A DNA stretch of 63,762 nt, counting the filler, from Octopus bimaculoides (lineage: Eukaryota): the NCBI RefSeq assembly GCF_001194135.2. It is 4 parts of 4 records of this genome, joined end to end, with 100 filler letters (N's around TTAATTAATTAA, not from the genome) between each part and the next. Parts side by side here need not be neighbours in the genome. Positions count along the whole stretch, not along the records: positions 1 to 26,226 come from NC_069006.1; 3 more parts are not named here. One strand, written 5' to 3'. Below the pieces are notes generated by a model, which was not told where the DNA came from, searched no databases, and saw nothing but the letters and a program-made list of their open reading frames with translations. The first letter of the stretch is position 1; each line of letters begins with the position of its first letter. Of the stretch, positions 12,529 to 25,300 are shown one piece after another. A program made the translations under genes and the position numbers.

Positions 12529-12749
12529 TTAGGTTGGTGCATAAGTATTGCGGCCATTTTTTTTCAACAAAAACAATAACATGTAACAACAACATCTTTA
12601 AATGATTATTCTGGAGCATATTCACCATCTACTTCAATTACTGCTTCCCATTTGCTTGGCAGACGGTCAGACCGTCATTTAAAGACATTTTTATTAAATA
12701 TTATTTTTTTGTTGAAAAAAAAACTGCAATAATTATGCACCAACCCAAT
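12529..12749 (-). mobile_element. Internally deleted mariner element
   Basis: TIRs TTAGGTTGGTGCATAA / TTATGCACCAACCCAA. The internal minus-strand peptide DRLPSKWEAVIEVDGEYAPE* resembles the mariner transposase C-terminus (L..RW..VIE.DGEY). Confidence 0.7.
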
Positions 12750-13976
12750 ATTTAGAGAAAAACAAAACTTGTTTCTTGTAATATACAAACTAGATCTTGT
12801 TGATTATTTTATAAAGATTAATAATGTTGATAGATTCTATGTTTTTGTTGTTTTGTTCTAGGGCAGCCCTTTTTGTCTTCAAAACCCTCGTCTGCACTTT
12901 TAAAGTTGGAGTCCTCAAAGTATGTTAATATTTTACCTGTTTAATGTTCAACTGACTAGATCCAGCTTCTCACACATACCCTACAATGTCCTAAAACTAT
13001 ATACAATCACAGCATCACAATCTTTAAGCAATGAGATATTCCATGATCAGTTCAAAACCAGATTTACATTTGATAGCATAATCCGAATGCTAAAGGATTA
13101 ATACTTCAGCATTCAAACCAACCAATATCCTTCCCAAATATTCTACTTGTTTTTCGTTCAAACTGGCACCTTGGGCAATTGTCTTCTACTATAGCCTTGA
13201 ACCAACCAAAGCCTTATGAGTGGATTTGGTAGATGGAAACTGAAAGAAGCCCATCATATGTATATATAGGCGCAGGAGTGGCTGTGTGGTAAGTAGCTTG
13301 CTTACCAACCACATAGTTCCTGATTCAGTCCCACTGCGTGGCATCTTGGGCAAGTGTCTTCTACTATAGCCTCGGGCCGACCAAAGCCTTGTGAGTGGAT
13401 TTGGTAGACAGAAACTGAAAGAAGCCCGTCGTATATATATATATATATATGTGTGTCTGTGTTTGTCCCCCTAGCATTGCTTAACAACTGATGCTGGTGT
13501 GTTNNNNNNNNNNNNNNNNNNNNNNNNNNNNNNNNNNNNNNNNNNNNNNNNNNNNNNNNNNNNNNNNNNNNNNNNNNNNNNNNNNNNNNNNNNNNNNNNN
13601 NNNNNNNNNNNNNNNNNNNNNNNNNNNNNNNNNNNNNNNNNNNNNNNNNNNNNNNNNNNNNNNNNNNNNNNNNNNNNNNNNNNNNNNNNNNNNNNNNNNN
13701 NNNNNNNNNNNNNNNNNNNNNNNNNNNNNNNNNNNNNNNNNNNNNNNNNNNNNNNNNNNNNNNNNNNNNNNNNNNNNNNNNNNNNNNNNNNNNNNNNNNN
13801 NNNNNNNNNNNNNNNNNNNNNNNNNNNNNNNNNNNNNNNNNNNNNNNNNNNNNNNNNNNNNNNNNNNNNNNNNNNNNNNNNNNNNNNNNNNNNNNNNNNN
13901 NNNNNNNNNNNNNNNNNNNNNNNNNNNNNNNNNNNNNNNNNNNNNNNNNNNNNNNNNNNNNNNNNTTTAAAAAATA

Positions 13977-13982
13977 TTTATT
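13977..13982 (-). terminator. Putative polyadenylation signal of WDR75
   Basis: AATAAA on the minus strand ~60 nt downstream of the TAA at 14044-14042, in the predicted terminal exon. Confidence 0.5.
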
Positions 13983-14041
13983 ATGTACAAGGTTGACATT
14001 CTTTTCGGATTTAATTTCATCAGGTGTTGTATTTACATATG

Positions 14042-17000
14042 TTACCTGCAATATGAAAAATTAGGAAATGTAAAGACATTAACTTCATCTCAATGTAGTT
14101 AGTTTATGCAAATTACATTATTAAAAAGGTGACGAGCGGGCAGAATCATAAGCACACTGGACAATTTCAGTCATTTGACTGTGGCCATGCTGGAGCACCA
14201 CCTTTAGTTGAACAAATTGACCCCAGGACATATTCTTTGTAAGCTTAGTACTTATTCTATCAGTCTCTTATGCCGAACCGCTAAGTTACGGAGACAAACA
14301 CTTGACAAAATGAACTAAATTGGCATAGAATATCATCATCATCATCGTTTAACGTCCGCTTTCCATGCTAGCATGGGTTGGATGATTCAACTGAGGACTG
14401 GTGAAACCAGATGGCTACACCAGGCTCCAATCTGATTTGGCAGAATACTACAGCTGGATGCTCTTCCTAATGCCAACCACTCTGAGAGTGTAGTGGGTGC
14501 TTTTAGGTGCCACTGGCATGAAGGCCAGAATGATGGTTTCATATTTTTTTATAATTAAGATCTAAACTGTTAATATATGAATGCAAAAGAGATAGTTGAA
14601 TAACTGTAAACTTACTTTTGGGCCACCCTGTATATGTGTCCTACAACCTTATTTGTTTATGCCTCATAACAAGTAGATTGAGAACATAAGTACCCGGGTA
14701 GATATGATCAGCTCAGCATGGCCACAGTTCAAATGAGTAAAAGAACAAAATGAAACAGTATACTTACGAATCTCTTGGAGTAAGTAAACTCTGGATGAAT
14801 CTTCCGGTAAATGAAGCCACAGGAGGGCATACAGCAGCAGGAATATTAATTAGCTGTAAGAATTTGAGGGGAAAAAAAAGGGGTTAAAAAAAAAAACTTT
14901 AATTCAATGTCCAAGATGAACAGTTATTAAAATTACATTTAAAGAGGAAGTAGCGAGCCGGGGCAACATGGATAGCCAGCATTTTGTCTGTCTGTATGTT
15001 GTAAGTTCAAATTCGGCTAAGGGCCAACTTGTCCTTTAGGGGTTGATAAAATAAGCACCGGCTGAGTATTGGGGTTGATCTCATTAACTTACCCCATCCC
15101 CCAAAATTGCTGGCCTTGTGCCAAAATTTGAAACTAATATTACATTCAAAAGCAGTAAGCTAGCAGGACCATTCCTGTGCTAGACAAAATGCTGTTAAGC
15201 ATTTTGTTTGTCTTTTACATTCGGAGTTCAAATTCCACCATGGTTGGCTTCTCCCTTTCATCCTTTCGGGGTCGATAAAACAGCTACCAGTTGAGCACTG
15301 GAGTCAATGTGAGCAACTGGCCCCATTCTCCCAAATTGCTGGCCTTGCGCCAAAATTTGAAATCAATAATTATTATTATGGGCACAGGTGTGGCTGTGTG
15401 GTAAGACACTTGATTCCCAACCACATGGTTCCAGGGTCAAGTCCCACTGCATGGCACCTTGGGCAAGTGACTTCTATTATAGCTTCAAAGACTTGTGAGT
15501 GGATGTAGTAGGGGTGTGTGTATATATATATATGTGTATACATATATATATATACACACATACTTGTACGTATATATGCATATACTCATTTATTATTTGT
15601 TTTACATATAATTTATACTATTTTATAGATATTGTTATTAATTAACAATACTCGGAGGCAGGCTAGAATCGAAGTGCTCAAATTGAGATAAGTTCCTATA
15701 TATATATATATATAAAGGTGTTCCAATTTTATATATATATATATAAAGGAGGGACAAGAAACTGTAAAATAAATTAGAAAAAAAATAGAAATGATGGTGG
15801 GAGATAGTCACATATACTCAACCATCCTGACACTATAACAAAGTGCTTTATAAGTTCTGATATAGACTTGTCGAGCAAAACACTTGTTCCTGTCCATCTT
15901 TCCTACTTTATTTAGCCTCTCAGCACCAGGCATAAAGCCACCTTCCCCTCTACTATGCACCCATTCAGTTTAAACAAAACAAAATACAACATACCTCTCG
16001 TAGTAAAGGTGACGAATATGATGGTTGATTGGCAGAAGTTTCCATTGGTTCTGGTTGTTTTTCAAGTTTTCTGCGTTTGCCAATAATTAAACTGAATTCG
16101 TTTTCCGGAAGGTTCTCTGGAATTGTCATCTAGTAAAGAAACAAAAATCATTGTATTATGATTGAATGGTTTAAGAGGTTTGTTCTGCAACCAAGAGGTC
16201 CATGGTTTAATCCTGCGTTATGGCAGCACCTCAGCAAGGTGACTTTTACCATAACCTCTAGTGTACCCAGGGTGTGTGAGTGAAACTGGCCAGCAAGAAG
16301 TTACGTAGAAGTCCATCGGACAAACTGAATGTGTAACCGGAGTGATCCAAACTCTTGTCACATGGCTTGGACAACTAGAATGTTTACAATGCAACTACGT
16401 ATGGAAGTTGTGTTGGTAAGAAGCTCAGTCGAGTTCCAGATTATCTTTGCAATTTCAGCTGGTTATACTTAAGATTGCTCCAAACTGGCCAGCCCCAAGG
16501 AAAAACTAAGTTAAGAGAACTAGATTCCTTGGAAGAAAGCAGCGAATGTATACGAAAACAAGGACGGGGAAAAAAAAAATGATCTGCTGAACCGTCCCAG
16601 ACAATGCTCCATCATGGCCGCAGCCTGAAACCCAATAAAAGACTAAAAGTATAGACTTACTGAACCAGGTCGCTTCAAGCCATTAAATTTGTTGTCTTTT
16701 TCAATGATGGTTAGAAGTTCTTGGTTCCTATTCATGAAGTAGAGCTGTGAATTCTTCTGCCATTGCAAAGATGGGGGCAAATTTGTGGCAGGTGACAGGT
16801 GAGTGATAAAAGTGGCGTACACGACTGGTTCCTCTGTGATGTCTTTTTCTTGATAAACCGGGTGTGACTCGCTGGGGGTGAAAACATACACTGGAAAAGA
16901 GAGAGAAAGCGAAAATGATTGAGCGAATAAACAAAATATATATGGGATTATTCTAATGTGACAACAACAAAAAAAATAATGTTTCCTGAATCTCTGCCAT

Positions 17001-20000
17001 GCCAAAGTCATGATGCCGTTCCCAACTTTCGAAGACCAATAAAATTACTGGGGTCAATGCAATCAACTAAAAAAAACCCTTTGATGTGACACTCCAAACA
17101 CTGAAATTGGGAGAAAAAAAAAACAACCAATGGAAACTACACAAGATAAAGGAAAGTACTCACAGCATTTGTCTTCAGTGAAAGCTGCCATTATTTCAGT
17201 GTCAGGGTCTACGGTTAAACAGGACACTGATACATTAACTGACCATAATACTAGAATAAAAGGAAATAGGGGTTAGCAATTAGGAAGAGTATGAACGATA
17301 CAAACTTCAAATTTCAGTGCAAGGGGATAAAAATGGGTAGCTTAGAGCAATGGTGGTAAGCTCATTGAAACTATGATTATTACTGTATCCTAACGTAAGG
17401 AACCCTTTTTTGGTCAAAAATTAGGTTAAAATAATATGGGAGTTTCTTATACATGGATAGTATTATAAAGCCTTACAAAACCTTTTTTCTAAATTTTAAG
17501 CCCCAAAAATTAAGGGGGTTCTTCAACGCCCCCTGGATCTTTCCACTGCCCTCAAGGGGGCAATACTGCCCACTTTGGGAATCACGAAACAAGTAACGAA
17601 AAGCATAAACACAAGAATATGAAAGGAAAAGTTTTTAGACTTACCAGTGCTAGTAAGTATATTCCAGACTGTTAACCTTGATTCTGAAGTCGTTACTAAC
17701 AAATGGAAACAACTCTTTCGACCAAACTTCAATTGTCTGATGATGAGTAAAGGATAGAGAGAGAATGAATGACAAAATAAAAAATAATTTCAATAAAAGA
17801 ATACAATGTCACATTATTATTTAGCATTACATATCGTCATCACGGTTATTTATTTTCTATTAGTTTCAGTCACTAAACTAAACTGCAACTACATTTATAT
17901 TCCTCGCACTTTCCATTGTGTTGTTTCCTTTATTGGATTCATTAAGCAAAATGTGCCAAATATGCTCCTTTATCACTTCCATTATAGCTTTGATTAAATA
18001 ACTGTTAAAATCGAACTGCACTCTTCAAAACTTGCACTAAGAATAAGGACAAGGTAAAGTTACTACCTGCTTTTACAGCAAGTTGATGCAGGTAGTTTAC
18101 CACCCGCCTCCAACTTTTAGTTCATGCAATTGAAAAAAAACTTCATTATTTATGGGATGACCTAATATATATGATGGACTCCCCCCACATCAGTTTCGAC
18201 ATATGAGAATCCAACAACCTACACTTTCTTTTGTCAGTCATAACATACGTTGAATGTGATGTTTGAGTCCTGCCAACAATTTGCAAGTAATGGGATTACA
18301 GGTGAGTGCAGGTGGTATATTTGCAGCTGATTTTCTCCTTTGCTTTGCACTCAGCCTGTTATATACACACACGTGTATTTTTGTATATACTAGAAAAAAA
18401 TCGTGCATTGAAATATATGGAAAAATCTGTTCTTTCTAACATTATTTTACATTAATCTGATAGGTTTACTCTATACTTTTTATTATTCTTAACAAGACAG
18501 TGACAGTTAAGCCATCGTCGGACTGTCTTAACAAGAGATTTGACAGTTAAGCCATCGGCGGACTGCCTAATATATATAAACATACAGACGTCTATAATGA
18601 AAAAATATATCAAGCTGTGGAATAAATGACATACCTGCAATTGGATTGATCTAATGGATTTTGTAAGACTCGTTGAAGGGATTTGGTCAATGGATCCCAG
18701 ATTGTTACCAGGTGATTGAAGGTAACCCCAAGCAAAGAAGCATCTTCTGTAAAAGAGGCATCTTTAGGTATATAATCCCGGTAAAATCCTTCCAGTTCAC
18801 AACTCCACTTGGTCTCCTTGACTGAAAAAGAAAAATTGATTAACACTTTAACATCAAGATTTCTGTCAAATGTAATGCTTATATTTATTCACATTGGTTT
18901 GAAATTTCAATGATGTGATTGTTTATTTTTAGAATGATGTTGTGGGACGGGCATGAGAAGCTGGATCTAGTCAGTTTGAACATAAAACAATTAGAATACT
19001 TAAGCAGGCTATGGCTGGTTTAAATGCTAAAAGTTTGAAGAAGGATACATAATTACGATGTCGTTCTCAGAAACTATCAAATGACTGGATGGTCAGTCAA
19101 GATTTTCTTCCACAAAAAGTTCATCATTGAATGTCGTTTCTTGTATAAAGAAAGCAACACAGGATAAAGTAACATATTTTGCTGGATGTCCTTCCTAACG
19201 CCAACCACTTTCAGAGTGGACTGTGCTAAAAAGTACCCAGTTCACTCTGCAAAGTGGTTGGTGTTAGGAAGGGCATCCAGCTGTAAAATCCAGAATAGAC
19301 AATGGAACTTGGCACAATCCTCTGGCTGGCCAACTCCGGTCATACCATCCACAAACACTCACCACAACCATAAAACACTGCTTGTCTCTACAACAGGAAT
19401 CACTACTTAATTGAAATACTTACCACTGAGACTAGGATCATGAGGAAGACACCACAGTTTGAACATTCCGTCTTCACTACAAGTGACGACCGATTGCCTC
19501 ACAGTACAGCCTGGTTGTCCAACAGTTGGACTGAGCTGAGAGAAGCATAAACTGTTGACATGTTTCAGATGAGGTGATGTAATCATGGTGTTGAGTATGT
19601 ACCTAGGAAACAAAAATATGCGTGTATATATAAGTAGGAATTTCCACCTTCCATCTACCGCTCTTCTTTTGTTCACAGGTGTATGTATGTGTGGGGTGGA
19701 TGGGTGTAGTATGTTTGTCTCTTTGTCGTGAGATCGTAATGATTGTAAATAAATGTCGTTATCACACAAATGGTGTTATTTATTTTGAATATTCTATGTA
19801 AATATGTTGTCTGGCCATGGGGGAAATAAAATCTGGTACTCTGTTGGTTTATGGCGATGAGGGTTCTAGCTGATTCGATCAAGGGAATAGCCTCCTTGTG
19901 GAATTTCTTTCTACTATAGGCACAAGGCCTGAAATTTGTGGGGAAGGGGTAAGTCGATTTCATCGACCCCAGTGTTTCACTGGTACTTTATTTATTGACC

Positions 20001-22304
20001 CTGAAAGGATGAAAAGCAAAGTCGACCTCAGTGGAATTTGAACTCAGAACGTAGTGGCAGACGAGATACTATGAAGGATTTCAACCGGCGTGCTAACGAT
20101 TCTGCCAGCTCGCTTCCTTGTGAGATTAACATGCAAATGACCGAGCATCCCACAGACATGCGTACCTTTAACATATTTTTCAGGGAGATTCGGGGGTCAA
20201 TATATTCGACTAAAAATTCTTTAGGGCAGTGCCCCAACCTAGCTATAGTCTAATGACTGTAATACATCTGCTCAATAAGAGCCAATTTGGGGCTAAAAAC
20301 AAACAAAACAAAAACAAACAAAAAAAAAAAGGAAAATAAAAATGTTATTTACTTTTGTTTCTTTGAGTTGTAACACCAAAACTTCAAACTTATCTCTGGA
20401 TCAAACCCAGATATTTCCCAATGCTGCAAAGTGGCCAGCCACTCAGCGTTGTCACTGAAACCTGCTTTTACCACTTCTACGACACCTGCCTGTTTGTCAA
20501 GATTCTCGGGAGAAATGTAGTTGACTCCAACTACATCCAACTGAAACAGGAAAAAAAAAAAAGAAAAAAATCAAGGAAACAACAAAAATGGGATTGGTCA
20601 AACTAGAAAGAAACCCATCACACTCACACACACATATATATGTGAAGGTGCATAGGCTCAGTGGTTAGAGTGTCGGGTTTACAATCTTGAGGTAGTGAAT
20701 TCGATTCCTGGTCTGGGCTGTGTGTTGTGTTCTTGAACAAGACACTTTATTTAAATGCTCATCAATCACTGTCCAAAAGACAGGCACAAAATTGTAATGA
20801 TCTTTTGTAAGTTGATTGATGAGGAATTAGCTACGAATTTTCTGTTAATGTTTTTGTTAAATTTTTAAAATATATATCGTTGCTATTATGCAAAAGTGTC
20901 GTAAGTCCAAAACGTTGGTTTTTCAGAAATTGAAAAAATAGTTTCACCATTCCATAACAAAACCGTTGTACTACACTTTGACAATTTTTGATATCTTGGT
21001 ATCTGAAGCAGCTGGAGATACGATAGTTTGACCAAAAGAACTGGCTAGTGATAGCAAAAATAGGTATTGAAACACATTTGGCCAAATTTGGACATACAAC
21101 AGTTTAACATAACAACGGCACACACACACACACACATATATGGTATTGATTTGTTTACATCCCTGTAAATTAACAGATCGGCAAAAGAGACTGATAGAAT
21201 TAAAAAAATCCTGGGTTTGATTCTTCCGAGTGAAATATTCTTCCAGGCGGTGCCCCAGCATGGCCGCAGTCTAATGACTGAAGCAAGTATAAGATAAAAG
21301 GAAGCTAAGATACTTACATTAAAGAGAGGTTTATTGGTGTGCATACAATAGAACTGTAAATGGCCAGGTTTTCCATTGGAAACTAAAGCTTTCTTGTTTG
21401 GGTCGTAGAGTAAACCAACAGGATATGGATTTGCTAATTGGTAACCCAACTCCCGGACTGTGATACCAGTTATAGCTTGAACTATTGATGAGCTGCTGCT
21501 GTCAATCACCAGTATTTCTGTAAAGTGAAAAATACAGACTAGAATGAAATATTTATAAACAATTTTCTTTTTAAATGAATGTGACACGTTTATAAAATAG
21601 AAGTAGACATGGCCGTGCGGTAAGAAGCTTGCTTTCTAACCACAAGGTCCTGGGTTCAGTCCCACTACATGGCACCTTGAGCAACTGTCTTCTATTATAG
21701 CCTTGGGCTGACCAAAACCTTGTGAGTGGATTTCGTAGATGGAAACTGAAAGAAGCCTGTCTTATTGTCGTATATCGTCGTGGCACTCCCGTCAGATATG
21801 TCGATGAGGGTTTTAGTTGATCTGATCAACGGAACAGCCTGCTTGTGAAATTAACATGCACGTGGCTGAGCACTCCACAGACACGTGTAATAACGTAGCT
21901 CTCGGGGAGATTCAGTGTGACAAGGCTGGCCCTTTTGAAATACAGGTACTACAGAAACAGGAAGAAAGAGTGAGAAAAAGTTNNNNNNNNNNNNNNNNNN
22001 NNNNNNNNNNNNNNNNNNNNNNNNNNNNNNNNNNNNNNNNNNNNNNNNNNNNNNNNNNNNNNNNNNNNNNNNNNNNNNNNNNNNNNNNNNNNNNNNNNNN
22101 NNNNNNNNNNNNNNNNNNNNNNNNNNNNNNNNNNNNNNNNNNNNNNNNNNNNNNNNNNNNNNNNNNNNNNNNNNNNNNNNNNNNNNNNNNNNNNNNNNNN
22201 NNNNNNNNNNNNNNNNNNNNNNNNNNNNNNNNNNNNNNNNNNNNNNNNNNNNNNNNNNNNNNNNNNNNNNNNNNNNNNNNNNNNNNNNNNNNNNNNNNNN
22301 NNNN

Positions 22305-22346
<42 letters not shown>

Positions 22347-25300
22347 GTAGACTTTGGGTGAAAGAATATTGTTGACTGAATTAAACCTCTATCTATTCCT
22401 GTGCTGTCATTTCTAAAAAGTCGCTTCAGAAATTTTACTCGGAGAATTAACTCAATGTTAGGAGACTTACCGTTATCAGAGAGGCAAAGAACGATCAGCC
22501 GATTGTCAGGAGATACAGAGATAGTCTTAATTGGGGCACCAAGCCTGGGTAGAAAATCTCTAGTTTGCTGTAAAAGCTGCCAGGTGACCAGAGTGCATTC
22601 ATGACCACCACTAAAAAGGCGGGTCCCTGAAAAAGAAAAGATTACAAAGTTACAAAAAACAGAGCAAGTGCACACACACACATCATCATCATATAACGTC
22701 CATTTTCCATGCTGGCATGGGCTGGATGGTTTGACAGGAGCTAACCAGCCAAGGGACTGCACCAAGCTCCACTGTTTTGGCCCTTGGGGGCTCACACAGG
22801 ATTTTGTTGTTCAAATTTACGTCCATTAAATTGGTTATACTTCTACAGTACACAAATTCATAACCGAAGGGGATCTTTACCAGGCTCCAATCTGATTTGG
22901 CAGAGTTTCTACAGCTGGATGCCCTTCCTAACGCTAACCACTCCAAGAGTGTAGTGGGTGCTTTTACGTACCACCGGCACACGGGCCAGTCAGGCGGTAC
23001 TGGCAACAGCCACGCTCAAAAAGGTGTTTTTTATGTGCCACCTGCACAGGTGCCAGTCCAGCGGGACTGGCAACGACCTCACTCAAACGTTTTCTAACGT
23101 GCCAGTAAGGCGACGCTGGCAACGATCACACTCAAATCGTGCTAGTTACGTGCCACTGGCACGGAAGCAAGACAGCTGCTCTGGCAATGATCACGCTCGG
23201 ACGGTGCTGTTAGTGCTCCACTGGCACAAGTGCCAGTCATTGAATATGGTTCAATTACGACTTCGATGATGTGTATAACTTTTACTGAATGATTAAAAAC
23301 ACAGGTGAGAAAACAAATAAATCCACCGCTTTCAAACAAAAATACCCCTATGAGGTACTTATTCTGCTTGAGTTACAGATACTGTATCATTGATCGTCTG
23401 AGGCAATATAGAAAATAAAGACAGTCAGAAAACAAAAGTAAAAAAGAATAAAAACGAAATACTGACCTTCAGCTGAGAACCTCAGGTCCACCACTGTCAA
23501 GGCATGCCAATGGTTCGTGGTTTTTATCACTTTGGAAGATCCAAGGAATCGTCTCCTACAAATACAAATTACAACCCTAGGTCAATTGTTGTCGATCATG
23601 CAGATTTGTGATTTGAGATATTCCTTCAATAATTACCCTGGATTTGGTAGATGGAAACTGAAAGAATCCCAAGCCCGTCGTATCTATATATGTTTGTGTG
23701 TGTGTGTGCGCATATGTTTGTATGTACTCTTGTTTTGAAATCATGTGATGATTGTTAAACAAGCCATGTTTTTTTTTTGTTTCCTGTCTTTCATAAAAAA
23801 CATGTCTGGCCATGGGGAAATAATACCTTGCTTGGAAACCGGTGAGGGTTGGCAACAGCAAGGGCATCTGGTTCCAGCCATAGAAAACCTGTCTCAATAA
23901 ATTCCATCTAACCCATGCAAACAAGGAAAAGGGGACACTGAACAATAACAACAGAGAGGGGCTCTGCCAATGCTTGTCCATGAGAGACCCTTCTCTCCGA
24001 CTGACATCTCATCCTCTAGTGATGCTGTCCGTGCTGGTGCCATATAAAAAGCACCCAGTACATTCTGTAAAGTGGTTGGTGCTAGAAAGGGCATCCAACT
24101 GTAGAAACCATGCCAGAAGAGGACATGGAACCTGATGTGGCTACTGAGATTGCCAGTCCCCATCAAACTGCAAACTGTCCAACCCATACCAGCATGGAAT
24201 ATAGATATTAAATGTTGTGTGTGTGTGTGTGTGTGTGTGCGTATTCTTGCGTCATCATGTCCATTATATCAAAGAATTTGTAGTGTCTATAGAATAGATT
24301 TTGTAATTTAATTAAGACAAACCATATGATAATTCTACCATCACTGCTTCCAGTCGCAAGACATTGCTCGTTTGGATGACAAGACACACATGTGAACCGT
24401 CCTTCATTTTGGCAATCAAATCTGAAAGAAAATCAATAAAGAATAAATAATGACCATTTCTCACAATGGCATAAGATAAGAAATTTTGCATATATGAGAG
24501 AGAGAGAGAGAGAAATAAACGAGCGCTAACAGCACCATCCGTGCGTGATCATTGCCAGAGCAGCTGTCTGGCTTCCGTGCCGGTGGCACATAAATAGCAC
24601 CATTTGAGCGTGATCGTTACCAGCATCGCCTTAGTGACACATGCGCCGGTGGCACGTGAAAAAACATTTGAGCGAGGTCGTTGCCAGTGCCGCTGGACTG
24701 GCTCCTACGCAGGTGGCACGTAAAAAACACCATTTGAGCGTGGTCGTTGCCAGTATCACCTGACTGGCCCTCGTGCCGGTGGCACGTAAAAGCACCCACT
24801 ACACTCTCGGAGTGGTTGGCGTTAGGAAGGGCATCCAGCTGAGGAAACTCTGCCAGATCGGATTGGAGCCTGGTGCAGCCATCTGGTTCACCAGTCCTCA
24901 GTCAAATCGTCCAACCCATGCCAGCATGGAAGATGGACGTTAAACAATGATGATAACCATGAATAATGCTGGTGATTCATTTGCCACAAGGGCAAAAATG
25001 TAGAAACCTTACAGGGACGAACTACAAAAATGCATTCAACTTACGTTATCAATTGGTTTGATTGGAGATCTTTGATGAACAGTTTTAGTTTAATAACTGC
25101 TGCAACAAATCTTCCCTGGAAATAAAGAAAAACAGAAATTCACTTAGTGGCCACTGAGATGAGTTTTCTTTTATTAACCCATTAGCATTTAATCCGGCCA
25201 TATCCAGCTTATAGATGGATGAGGGCAATTACATGAAGTCCAGATCACTTAAATTGGAGGAAAGTTGTGGAAGAGGGAAACCCAGGAAGACATGGGACGA

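Noticed and set aside
12862-12925. Minus-strand acidic peptide FEDSNFKSADEGFEDKKG as the missing WDR75 tail
   Set aside because: No usable minus-strand splice sites; the good splice signals are on the plus strand and it lies beyond the WDR75 AATAAA.
24640-24790. Regularly spaced ~70-bp repeats superficially like a CRISPR array
   Set aside because: Eukaryotic context, no unique spacers, and the units are internal to a dispersed SINE family.
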